NCBI GenBank assembly: GCA_002189035.1
Contig: NEEC01000011.1
Span: 248,001-312,000, forward strand
From: Utricularia gibba
Taxonomy: Eukaryota; Plantae; Magnoliophyta
Length of the DNA: 64,000 bases
Reading direction: 5' to 3'
Shown in pieces: positions 1 to 11,996 of the stretch (the stretch's first letter is position 1; every line of letters starts with the position of its first letter). The notes under the pieces were generated by a model. The model did no database searches. It was not told where the DNA came from and was given only the letters and a program-made list of their open reading frames with translations. Made by a program: the position numbers and the translations under genes.

Positions 1-2714
1 AATATGACTCATAATCGTCTCCATATATTGTAAAATCATTCATACAAATTTCAATAAATTCCTCACCAAAGTTGGAGAAGATACTTGTCATACACCTCTG
101 CAAGGTAGCAGGGGCATTGCACAATGCAAAGGACATCTTTCTATAGGCATAGGTCCCAAATGGACAAATGAAAGTGGTCTTGTTTTGGTTTGTACCTAAA
201 ATTGCAACTTTGTTATATCCAGAATAACCACCTAAAAAGCAATAAAAAGATTTTTTTTGCTAATTTTTTCGAGCATTTTATTAATGAAAAGTAAAGGGTA
301 ATAGTGATTTTTAGTCAGTTAATTTAACTTCCTATAGTCTATGCACATGCGTCACTCATTTTAGATTCTTTGTGGCACCATCTCTCCCTTCTCATTCTCC
401 ATCATTGTCATACTAGTGAGGGAGTGGATAATACGTGCATCATGAAGTTTGATAATTTTCTGTTTTACCACTTCCATCATGTTTGGCACATTTATGGTTG
501 GCAAACAGGTTTGGCTTCATCTTTTAAAAGAATTATGTGCATGCATATAGAAGAAGAGATTCCTTCAATATCTGCAGGGGTCCAGCCAATCGTCTTCTTG
601 TTTCTGATCAGCACCTCGAGTAGCTGCATTCTTGGTCTAAGCTAAGATTATTAGAGATGATAACAAGATTTTTCATTTTTTCATCCAAGAATGAGTACTT
701 CAAGTGCATTGGCAATGGCTTCAACTCTAATGTTCTCTCTTTCAGGGTCTTAATTTGCATAGAATTCACTTCATCTGACCTTGTTTCAGCTTCCGCTCTT
801 CTTCTCCTTCTCATGAATAGTCTTTCCAAATATCTCATCAGCTTTCATATGTTCTTCCTCTAACAAGTTGGGACATTTGTCAACAATGTGCCTCATTCAA
901 TGACAATTCCCGCAAGACATATTCTTAGCTTGGAATAAAAAAAATTCCTTCATCATCTCAGATATAGCTATCACATTTCTCATCAACTTACTTTCTGATG
1001 CCTTTGGCTTCTCATAAACTCTTCTATTTGAAACATGTTTCAGCGAAAAATGATTCCTTATGCTCTTCTTCTCCTTCTCATGAATAGTCTTTCCAAAATG
1101 TTCTTCAACCAATTTATCCATCATATCTAGAGGCTTGTAGAGGTCCTAAATTGAGAGTCTCATACAAAGAAAATGATATCACATTTATGGAGGCTCTCAG
1201 GTCACCCATTGCTCTCCTAATATTCAAGTTGCCAATTTTTCAAGGAATAAAAAAAGTTCTAAGGTCCTTGCTTTTTTTTGGTAGCTTCCAAGTGAGAAGA
1301 GCTGAGAAACTTTCACTCAGCTTCACTTTGCCTTTTTCGTTAGTATGCGCTTAGACATACACATTTGTTTCAAGTATTTCACACTTTTGGGTACCAAGTC
1401 AATATATTCCAGAAATGTCAAATTAATTGAATATTACCTAAAGCTCTCAATATTTTTTCCTTCTCATTTTGTTCCTTTCTTGCCTTTAGCCTTCTTGGTA
1501 ATGGTGGAGAGGTTACTTTCACAATGAGAGGCTTTGTAGCAACCTCCACCTCATGTTCTTCAATAACTCCTTTCACTATAGCTACATACTCATCTCCTGC
1601 CTCTGAATTACTCAGGTTGGACTGATTTTCTTCAACACTTTTCTTTTCTGTTTCTTAATGTCATTACACTAATATTTTGCTCTCCCCCAGAGTTAGGATT
1701 CTATTTGACTTGCAATAGTAGGGTTCATTTTTGCTATAGTTCCCCAATCTCTACTGCCAATTGAGTGACTTGAATTTCCAATTTCTTGATAGCTTGTTGG
1801 TTCTCAGCTTCATTTTTAATAGATTGGGTCATGAAAGTCGTCAAGATCTCCTCTAAAGAATTTCCAGAATTATCCTAGTTTGAAAGCTGAAATTACTGTT
1901 GCACCTACTAGTTTGGCTTTTGAAATAGTGGAGTCTTATATGAATGCTATTGTTGCTCTTGAAAATTCTACTAGAACCCTTGCTCCAAAAGATGAATTTT
2001 CGCCCTTGTGGGAGTGGTCATTGTTGCTCTACCGAAAATTGGGATGATCCCTCCACCATGGATTGTAGGTGCTTGAGTAGGGATTATATTTTTTCCTTTG
2101 TGGCTCCAAATATCTCATCGCTTTCATATGTTCTTCCTCTAACAAGTTGGGACATTTATCAACAATGTGTCTCATTCAATGGCAATTCCCACGAGACATA
2201 TTCTTAGCTTGGAATAAAAATAATTCCTTCATCATCTCAGATATAGCTGGCACATTTCTCATCAGCTTACTTTCTGATGACTTTGGCTTCTCATAAACTC
2301 TTCTGTTTGAAACGTGTTTTCTAATAATATGCCTGGAGTGTTCAGTCAGCTCCTCATGCAATGCAAGAACTTCCATGGGAGTTTTTTTTCTTAAAAATCC
2401 ATCTGCAATAAAATTAACCATAGCTTTATCTGTGCATAGCAGCCCATCATAAAAATTCTTCACCAAGGTGTTGGTCTGAAAACCATGGTGTGGGCAGGAT
2501 CCAAGCAAGTGATTAAATCACTCTCAATATTCATGTAGAGATTCTCCACTTGATTGCTCGATGTCACTAATCTACGATTTAGTCCCAATTATGACTTAAA
2601 GATATAAACACTTTTGCAAATTACTAAACGTAGAAATACATGATAAAATCCAAGTTTTGTTGCATAATACTAATCATTTTCCTATTTTGAGGCACTCAAA
2701 ACTATGTGTTATCA
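1..2714 (-). mobile_element. Degenerate Ty3/gypsy (Athila-like) fragment: gag and protease-RT linker, with LTR terminus at 2714; continues beyond left edge
   Basis: Minus-strand ORFs with CPHHGFQTNTLVKNFYDGL (retrotransposon gag) and LELKPLPMHLKYSFL (Athila/Tat pre-RT motif); many stops; ends in TGTGTTATCA (2705-2714), the same terminus as the solo LTRs at 19216 and 59489. Confidence 0.75.
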
Positions 2715-3258
2715 ATTAGATTTTCGTGAAATAAGATAATCACGGAGATTTGTGAGATATATTATCAAATATCTATATAAGATAACATGGAAGATTCGTT
2801 TTTCTAGAATTTATCTGGTGACCGGTGATTCTCTCTACTAGCATTTGAAATAGTTGACTATCATTTGCTAGCCTTAAGGTTAACAATGGAGTACTTTACA
2901 TGTGGATACTATAGAATCCATTTACTATTGGCGGTTGTTGAACCATACAGTCCATTAACAGGTACTTTGAGTATTGCTTTATTTTATGTGTACTGTATTC
3001 CAAGACCTGCAATTTGGGCTTTTTAAAAATTTTAAAATTCCATTGTTTTTATGACATGCGATGTCTAAGAGAAACCTAAGAAGGGATTGTCATATTTAAA
3101 TAATGAATGGGTAGTGACCTTGTACTTGAGTCATTGGTAATTGGCAATAGCCGAAACACATGCATGATTTGGTTTTAAGTGCAATCGATAATAATTCTCT
3201 TGTGTCCTCAATCATGTAAAAGGGAATAACATGAAATTATTCTTGTGGCTCCTTATAA

Positions 3259-3516
3259 GAGCATCTTTATTAATCTCCGGAAATGTTGATGTGACATTTC
3301 CAGAAATTGAGTCATTAAGTTTCCATTTTTAAGTTTCCTTTACATTTGTATCAATTTCTGAAAATCAAAATATTAAAATAAATAGTACAAATTATATTTT
3401 AAACTGTTTTCGGAAAGAAACCAAGTTTCCTCATTTCCATTTCCGTAAGAAATGAGAAACAAATGTACTCATTTCCAAAAACATTTCTCTATTTCTGGGA
3501 ATAGTTAAAGATGCTC
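3259..3516. mobile_element. Tourist-like MITE (PIF/Harbinger superfamily), 258 bp
   Basis: 11-bp perfect TIR GAGCATCTTTA...TAAAGATGCTC; TAA on both flanks (3256-3258, 3517-3519); AT-rich non-coding interior. Confidence 0.85.
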
Positions 3517-4289
3517 TAAGAGAGTGTAAGGGAATGTATCTCATTCCTTATTATTATAATAGATTATTTGAAAGAAATTAGTAAAAGTCGAGATAATGTG
3601 AGACAATGAAGAAAATAAGTTGTTTTTTCAAAAACTGTTTTTCCTTAATTAAGGTTCATTGCTTAAGTGTTACTTTTTATTTTAATATGTAGATTTGACA
3701 TAAAATCAGCATATTTTAAACTCCAATCCCACCAAATACAAAATGAATTTCGGTTGGTGCAGTGACCTATGGTGTGGCTATGGAGCCCAAATAGAATGGT
3801 CATGAGTAAGATTCACTCACCTCCAACCAATGGTGCACACTGCAACCGTGTGAAGAACTTAAAGCAAATCAAGCCTGAAATTGGTACCAATTCGTAATGA
3901 TATCATTTAACTTATTTTGCTGAAAAATCAATATAAACCACCCTCAAATAGATGTGAAGATTTTGGTTCCACAACAATTGTACAACATCACCGCATATGA
4001 ATACATTTTATTATTAAAAAAAATACTTATTGTAGGGATAATATCAAAAACGTGGATGCACACCCTCACTTTAAATTTACTGGTATATATGAATTTACGT
4101 TTAGCTTAATTTAATGGATGGGTAAAAATAAAGTCAAATAAAAATTGCACATTAAATATGAATAAATTATCAAATCCAACTTTAAAACACCCCATCTAAA
4201 CCTACATACCAAAGGACTTTAAATAGTAGGTCTAATTATATCGGCGTCGGCCCTCTCTCTCTCTAGAATAGTAGGTCTTATTTGAAAAA

Positions 4290-4445
4290 ATAGGCCTGGC
4301 CATTGAAAGCTTGTTTACATGGGCCGTTGTGAAGCCCATTATGGGGCCCAATTCGGACTTCGGACCTGATGTGGACAACAAGCTGGGTTTAAGTATAAAT
4401 GATGTCCATTGTTGGTCCACAAGAACCGAACCGAACCGAACCGGA
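4290..4445 (+). promoter_or_regulatory. Proximal promoter of gene 1 with site II-like (TGGGCC/GGCCCA) motifs and an (AACCG)4 run
   Basis: TGGGCC ~4320, AGCCCA ~4332, GGCCCA ~4345 and AACCGAACCGAACCGAACCG ~4424-4443, about 180-330 bp upstream of the ATG at 4619. Confidence 0.4.
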
Positions 4446-4618
4446 TGCGCCCGCCCGCTTCCCTGATATCTATCCGGTTTATAAAACGAGGTGAGGTGCT
4501 GGGGGAGGAGGAAAAGGGCTATTTGTGGCTATCTGCACCTGCTCTCCTGATATTTTTCCTCATCTTCATCCCTAACCTGTGCTACCTTTCCTGTTTCGCT
4601 TCATCTTCGAGTCAAAGA

Positions 4619-7600
4619 ATGGCCGACTCCGAGAAACGGCAACCTACGGATGACGGTCACGGCGATGATCTGGATCATCCGGATCAGATTTCCAATGGCC
4701 AGGATCCCTCTAACGCTTTATCCAGAGTCGCTGAGACCTCTACGACACCTGATCAATCTGTCACGCGGAGGTTGAGGGACATATTTACAGGCGATGGCGA
4801 TGTTGACCTATTGATGCAGAACAGCGACAGAGAGGATGGTTTCCTTCAATGGCTCCGGGCTCTTGATATGCAGGTGATGGGGGCTTGCCGTGCGGATGAG
4901 AGATTGAAGCCTTTGCTGAAATTCAATGTCTCCGCTGCCTTGGAGGATGATGGCCTTCTCACTCATCTGAGTCAGGTTTGATTGATGGGGGTTTTCATTG
5001 TATGTCGTTTTTTTTTAATCTTTATGATAAGAGTTTTTCTGATTGTCATATTCGCTACGGTAGGTCAACCACCATATGGCTTCTGAACACCTTGTCCTCC
5101 AATTATGATGCACTGATTAAATGTGAATTGACCGTTATTTTGTGGTTCCTTGCAGATTTACTAGTCTAATCTACCATATTTTCATTGCAGCACTTTGAAC
5201 CACCTGAAGTTTGTATGCTTGCAAGGTGCTTGTGCATACCACTTGTCTCTGTTCGAGTTGGGAAGATTAGTCAGCGAGGAACAGTCTTATCTCCTACAGC
5301 TTCAAGGTATTAGGAAACACAAGTTTTTCTAGTATTCAATCAATTGCTAGTAGGGGGCCATTGCTTTACCCAGTCTGTCTTGGTTGCGGCTATATATAGT
5401 GTGAGGCATTCAAACAATGTTTACTTCTGGTTTGGCAATTGATCTCGAAACTATTATGAGGAGCATCTCTTTTGTGAATTTTCCTTCACGGGGCTTGACC
5501 TTCAGCTTTCTTCACTTGAAAAGCACTTTATTTATTTTGTTGGCATTTTTGTGATTTTACTAACAATAGCCCTTCTATGAGGTTGTCATCAGAGATATGC
5601 GATGGGGAGGTTGATTAATATCTTATCTTGTATAATTGAATATGTAGTGTGTTAAAAACTATGTTGTTATTTAAGATTTTTGCAGTTGTATATTAGGTAT
5701 TAGGAAGTATGGGACTTATTATATGTATGGTTACCAAGATTTCAGCTAGGGATGTTAATTTCACATCCCTGAAATTTAGCAAGCTAGTTGAATCAAACAA
5801 TATATACTATTATTGCTTGTCTATGAGATTTATAACAGACATTATATTGATTATGTTCGTGGTCATGCTTATTCATACATTTCCAACTTGTAAAAATTTA
5901 TATCTAGTAGCATTCACTGATATGCGATATTTGGCTAACTGGATATCTTATTTTTTAGGAATTCTTCGTGTTTGCTAACTGCTTGGCTGGTGTACGTTGT
6001 TATGCTATCACATCTGACCCCTGGTCATCATTAGGGTTCATATTTTGAGTGTCCTTGTGTGTGAATTGCAGACATCTGTTAATCAAATCTTGAGCGGCAC
6101 TGCATGCTGGATTCTGTCTTAGAATCGTTCGTCTTGATATGACTGTTCCTATCTAGGTGGGTGCTTGTGACATGTACAGACACCTGTGAAGGTTTGTGTG
6201 ATGTAGATATTTGTAATACGGGTACAGTGTGATGGATCTTAGTAGAAATTCCAGCAAACGGTGATGCTCTATTTATGAATCCTATTTATCCCATGCGTTG
6301 CTTCCTATGTCATCCTTTTATTCAATTCACTGTGCATTATGTCATAGTCTCGAATCTTTTCTTCCTGTTCTATGAGCCTGGTTTTCTCATCTTTGGGGAT
6401 TTTTTTAGGTGATTTTGTGTGAAGTCACACTCACTTGTAGTCAATATAAGTTCATCCTATTTTAAAGGTAGCTTCATGATTCGCTACCCATCCACTGTAT
6501 CCGAAGCCATCCTTTTTATCATCATTCACGATTCCAATCTTCTGTTTGGTTGGGTGCTAATTATTTCTGTTATGTTTGCTTCTGTAGCGCTAACCTTAGA
6601 GACATGTTTTCTTACCATCGTTATATTTGCTTCTTCATTTTTACCTTGTTTTTCATCATTACTTGCAGTTTATTTTCTACGCTAATGCTTTGGGACATAA
6701 TGGCATATTGAGTACTCCCGTATGATTAGGATTTAGATTCCAATAACTTAATTTTGCTGTAGTTTTTTAAAATAGTTTTTAGTATGAACTTGTTGATCTT
6801 CTCAATGGTGAACCTGTCAGATAACAGTAGTTGCTGTCACTCTTAGCCTACTTCATATATTATATATTATTCTTTCCTTTCAGTTCTTTAGGAGAAATAT
6901 GAAACGAAATACAAAGTAAAATTTTCGTGTGAAAATTGTCAAACCATTGGCATCGCCTATTTGGTTCAGCGGTTGAATCTGGAGAAAATTTTTAAAATTG
7001 TATTATGGGGTATTTTGAGACTTCTAGGGCAGCAGTGCAGTGGATTGTTGACAGTTCTTTTTATCTGTGTTGAAGATTGGGGATACGACTAATTAACAAA
7101 TTTCATTGTGTGTACCTTCGTCTTGCAGGGGTAATCTGTGTCTCACACTGTTGCCTAATTCGGTCATGCGCATATCTTTTAATGGAGATGATGGCTCGGT
7201 TGAAAAAATATCATCAAACTCCATGTCTGAGTGCAGTGACATTGAAATCAAGGAGATATCTGCTGACTCATCTGGAAGGTCTTTCTTTATTAGAACCCCA
7301 GAATCCACTTTCTACTATTGGTGCTCTGAAAAATCTAAGTTGTTGGGGGATGAGTTGCTCAGAAAGGTATTTTCGTAAACCCTATCTTTTCTTCGGCTAT
7401 TTAGTTGAAATAAATAACTGGATTTGCTTTCTCTTTTTGTTGAAATAAATAACTTGTTCGGCTACTGAGTTGACCTTCGTTTTTTCTTTTTTGTCTGGGC
7501 TAGATGAAGGATTTGCTTATTCAAAAACCATCTCTGGCTGAATTAACTGGAATCAATGAGTCACGTATCAACTGTTTTGGAACTCAAATTCGTGCCTACC

Positions 7601-8784
7601 TTGCTGGATTGGTTACAATCAGTACTGATGCTGTTACTGTGAATTCAACAACCCCTCTCAATGATTCTTCATCCAGTTTATTTGATCGTCAAATGTCTCA
7701 GTCTTCATTCCAGTGTCAAAAGAGTTTACGTTTGAGACAGAGTGGCAGTCAAGGGTGTAAGGCAAACCTGAGTAGCAGTTTGAGTCCTAGGCCAAGTTCC
7801 TTCAAGGATAATGCGCAGAAAAGTTTGTCTACAGGGAGAAGTCTTGGCAGAGAGAAATCAAGGCAACGCTGCGTTTCATTGGCAGGCTTCTCTGATCTTG
7901 CCACTTCTTACTCTACCGATTCAACATGCTTACAGAAGGACAAGCTTCCTGAGACGAGTGGGCCAAACGCATGTTCAGCAGCTTTCATTGGTTTTGACAT
8001 ATTAAGCCAAGGCACCGAGTTCCCTTTTTCGAGCCCTGAGAGCAGAGCTCCATTATTTGGGTCGTTGCCTGTCTCCCCTCACTACTGCTGGTGCCCTCCT
8101 GTTGCATCTGCTTTGCAGCAATTCACGGTGGGTCATCCACTGTCGTCGTCTGAACCATTAACCATCCCGCCCCTGTGCTCGCTTCCATCCACCCTTTTTG
8201 CATCAAAACCTCTCCTAAGCTTTGCAGAGGTTCAACCCTTGGATTTCCCAAGCATAATGCCTGAACCCCCTCTGCTCAAGTTACCAGGTTCCCAGCAGGT
8301 CCCGACATTCACCCCTCTGATGTCGGACCCAATCGTCCACATTCCTATGATCGATTTCTGTTCATCAGGTCAGGGTTACCTGGTAAGTGCTGGCCCCGGC
8401 CCCGCTCTATCCTCGTCTCTTCCACCATTGAGTGCCAGTCTTGTGGACCCCCTTCCCAAGGCTGAATCGGTCATCGAGAAAGGCGCCAGGGAGACACTGA
8501 GCATGCTTCTGAGCAGCAGCAGCAGCTCAAGCCTACCCAAACCGCAGCTTTTTGAGATACTGCCCTGCGTCCTCACCAGCGGCGGTTGTGACATGCCAAG
8601 TGTGTTTGCTGCAGGAAGCAGCAGCAGCAGGGGCCTGTTCTGTGGAACAAGAGACGTGGATGCTATCACCAGCAGCGTGGGGCTGGTGTTGCTGTCCAAG
8701 AAACCATGCGGCAGCGAGGATGATTTGGCCGAGCAACAAGCTGAAACCCCATCATCCGATCCTGATCGACAGATGGATTACTGA
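4619..8784 (+). CDS. Conserved plant protein similar to Arabidopsis At2g39950 ('flocculation protein'); 4 exons 4619-4975, 5191-5306, 7129-7366, 7504-8784; about 663 aa
   Basis: GT-AG introns with consistent phases (0,2,0); motifs LQWLRALDMQVMGACRADERLKPLLK, LARCLCIPLVSVRVGKI, FYYWCSEKSKLLG.ELL.KMKDLL, FTPLMSDPIVHIPMIDFCSSGQGYLVSAGP recognised from this family. Confidence 0.85.
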
Positions 8785-9042
8785 CTGATGCATCATCTGT
8801 TGTGTAATCCTTGCCTTGTGCTTCTGCTGGGTGGAAATGTGTACAGACACAAACATGATTCATATATTTTGGGCAGTTGGGTATTATGTGATTGTTGCCA
8901 TCCAAAATCAATGCGAGTAGTAGTAGTAGTGTAGTCTTTCTGTGGATCAGATACGATTGATTCCACAAGTCGAAAAAAAGTGCAATTCCACGATAGAAAA
9001 AACGAAGAATTAATTCCATTCCATTCCATTCAGAGGGTATCA

Positions 9043-10790
9043 TCAAGCTGCGATCCCAACTGGCTCCGTGGCCTTGAGCCGGGATGAGCCGTAGAGGGTC
9101 TCCTCAAATCGAATGATCTCATTTTTGGATCCATAGGCCACTTGGGTTCTGTCATCAAGATTCTCGATCACTTTATCCAGCACCGACTGCTTCCCATCGC
9201 TGCTGTACCCACCCGCCTTCTCGATGAGGAATCCCAAGGGAGCCACTTCGAATAGCAGCCTAAGCTTCGCCTTCGCAGACGGGCTCGACACATTCGTAAA
9301 AATCCCCTTCTCCTTCACTATGATCTGCAAGCACCCCATTCATTTCCAAGGAACACACACACACTCTCTCTCTCTGGAGTTGCTGCTGCTAAAATATTAC
9401 CTGATTCACGTCAGGCACCATTCCTCCTGTGTAGCGCAGGGTGTACTTCTCACGGACGTAGTAGTCGATCAGCTGTGCCCCATCCATCACACAGTGTTTA
9501 AAAAAAAAAAAACTGAAACAATGAAAGAGAGAAAGAAAAGAAAAGCAACCTTGGCGTAGTTGGGGTTGTCCGAAGTAGCCCTGAGGTTGCCAGGTGAGAA
9601 CATCTTTCCTTCTCCAATGGATGTCGTATCCTTGACGTGTTGCCATTTTCCTGATGGATGGGGAGAATGAAGAGGATACGCAAACAACCCATCAAGCAGG
9701 ATGCGCTAAACACACACCTTCATCAAGCAGGAGGAACTCGTGTGTTCCAGGCACATCCTTGAGAGCAAGAACGTATGTGGTTCTGGGCCCGAATATCCCC
9801 ATTGCTGCCGCAGCCTGCTGAGCTCCCGTGATTCCCGTAAGTTTGTCTCCCGGCCACACCCCAAAAATTGTGCCCACTGTGAAGTTGGTGTCAACGATGC
9901 TCGAACCATCCAGTGGATCAAACGCCACACTGAACCCCCCTGCATCATTCAAACACACAATTTTTGTCAGACAATACTTGTTTATGACCTTCGGATGCAT
10001 AAATAGAGCAGACCTTCGGATGGTCCCTGCATGTCTTGAAGCTCAGGGACCTCCTCGGAGCACGCGTAATTGCAGAAATGGGAATATTGCAGCGCCTATA
10101 AACTTGATTCCGAATCAACAAACATCCATCCAGACTTGGGAGGAACACAAAAGGCGAGGTGTGTTGTTACCTCGAAAAGAAGCTTGTTTGCGAGCAAATC
10201 AACAGCGAGCTGCTCGTCTCCAAAGGTGTTCACGCAGGCGGTTCCTCCACAGGAAGCAGTTCTCACCTTGAAGGCGATGGTACGCAGTGCTTCGCCCATG
10301 CACATGAGCAGCCTGATGAGGCCCTTATCAGGAGTCGACTTTGTCAGGAACTCTTCCTGTCTCGCAAACACGACCAACACAATGATTAGCTAATGCCTCT
10401 CTGCGCTTGTGTTACCGAAAAGGAAATGGAAGGGAATTTACCAAACTATCACCAATCTCGCATCTTGTGACCGAGGAAGAAGATGAACTATTGGATTTCT
10501 TGCCCTTAACGAAGTTGAGTCTTGATTTGGGAGCAGCACGCAGGGACTCGCCAAATATGGAGCTCGGTTTCAAATCCTGAGAAGCACATCACATCACATC
10601 GGATTGCGCAATTAAGAACTCACCAAGTGGTTATTCGTTTGTATGGGGTGCCGAAGAACAAGAGAAGATAGGGAGGGACCTTAGCGGAGGTGGTGGCATA
10701 GTGAGGACGAAGATGGCGGGGAGCAGCAGCAATGGAGTGATTGTGCGCACAAGGCGGCGAGATGAAGCAGGAGATGCCGGCAGTCTCCAT
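9043..10790 (-). CDS. SBPASE: Sedoheptulose-1,7-bisphosphatase, chloroplastic; 8 exons 10790-10680, 10576-10442, 10356-10171, 10095-10014, 9939-9718, 9650-9550, 9472-9401, 9324-9043; 396 aa
   Basis: Spliced length 1191 nt with no stops; transit peptide METAGISC...; redox motif [13 protein letters not shown]; metal-binding FDPLDGS; [13 protein letters not shown]; [11 protein letters not shown]; all introns GT-AG. Confidence 0.98.
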
Positions 10791-10971
10791 GAGAAGAATA
10801 ACAATAAATGTGAAGCGCACGCACAAAGCTCCCCTTTTTCTCCCGAAGACGAGGTTGGGATGATGTTGTGGGATCAACAAGATGAAGAAGACGAGGGGAG
10901 GAGAGGGGCTGGCTCCTCTCGTGGCGTGCCGAGTCTAGTCTATGAAGATAATGCAGCTAACGATCTGAGGA

Positions 10972-11062
10972 CACGTGGCGCCCCACCATCATCTGGGCTA
11001 TTTGATAATTTCCCTTCCCTTCCCTTCATATTTTTGCATATCCAGTGTGCGGCCTTCTTATC
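10972..11062 (-). promoter_or_regulatory. G-box (CACGTG, 10972-10977) and I-box (GATAAG on minus, 11057-11062) upstream of SBPase
   Basis: Both motifs lie 180-270 bp upstream of the SBPase ATG; the G-box/I-box pair is typical of light-regulated Calvin-cycle gene promoters. Confidence 0.55.
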
Positions 11063-11128
11063 AATGCCCGCAACTTGCGTCGTCTCTTTTCAACTGTAAT
11101 GTGTTGTATGGTTCGCGAGAGTAAGTTA

Positions 11129-11900
11129 TTAGTGTTGTAATCTGTCGGAACCTCCGGTTCGGTTCAGGTTTGTGTGCTTCCGTATAATTTTGATTTAGAA
11201 AACCGGAATCGTATAGTTTCGGACCGGTTTGAAATTTTTGAAACTAAGAAATTGTAGTTCCAACCTGTTTGGTACCGATATAACTATTAGTTCGAAACCG
11301 ATAAACCTTCGGTTTCGACCCGCAAGCTAGAATAACAAGTCTTCAAGATAAATACAAGGTAGAAAGATATATAAAGAATATCATATTACCATGAAGTAAT
11401 TGAAACACACAACATCATCATCAGCGATTAGTTGAACCTTTTCTAGAACCTTATCATGTAGTTTGATGACTACAACAAGTACATTTTTGAACATCTTATT
11501 GGCTGATCATGTTTAGTGTTTGAGTGCATTTGATTTTCTATAGTACTTATAATTGTGTGCCAATATCATCATCTCGGGGAAGTCAAATATTTTGATGCTC
11601 ATAACCTTTAATAATCTTACAAATGGACACACAACCTTGCAAAGAGCTCTTCGCTCATTCTAAACTCATCTAAACAAGTGAAGTTATCATTTATAATGAA
11701 TTCCGATAACCTTGACAATATATAGAATTAAAATAACCAGTGAAGTTATCATATAAATCCAAAACTAAATGCACTATAATTTATAATAATTACTTTAAAC
11801 TCTATCAATCTCATCACCAAAGTAATATCTAATAAATATCTGTGAAGGATCGCTACGTTCAAATCCAAAACAAAGCTTAGTTATTACAACTTCAAAACAT
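11129..11900. mobile_element. Possible hAT-type non-autonomous remnant
   Basis: Starts TAGTGTTG followed by a cluster of CGGTT/AACCG subterminal-type motifs (11147-11325); no partner TIR or TSD found. Confidence 0.3.
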
Positions 11901-11996
11901 GTCAAGCAGATTCACATAAAAGCGCTTACCAGGCATCCAATCAGATTTATCTGCTAGGCTAGAGGATGTAACTCCACCATTCCTGGAAGGAGGAGT

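Noticed and set aside
8376-9046. Minus-strand ORFs of 107 and 126 aa
   Set aside because: They overlap the last exon and UTR of gene 1 in antisense, with no recognisable domain
9224-11099. Several plus-strand ORFs of 76-147 aa (e.g. 9828-10271, 10070-10393, 10701-11099)
   Set aside because: Antisense shadows of the GC-rich SBPase exons and leader; no independent motifs
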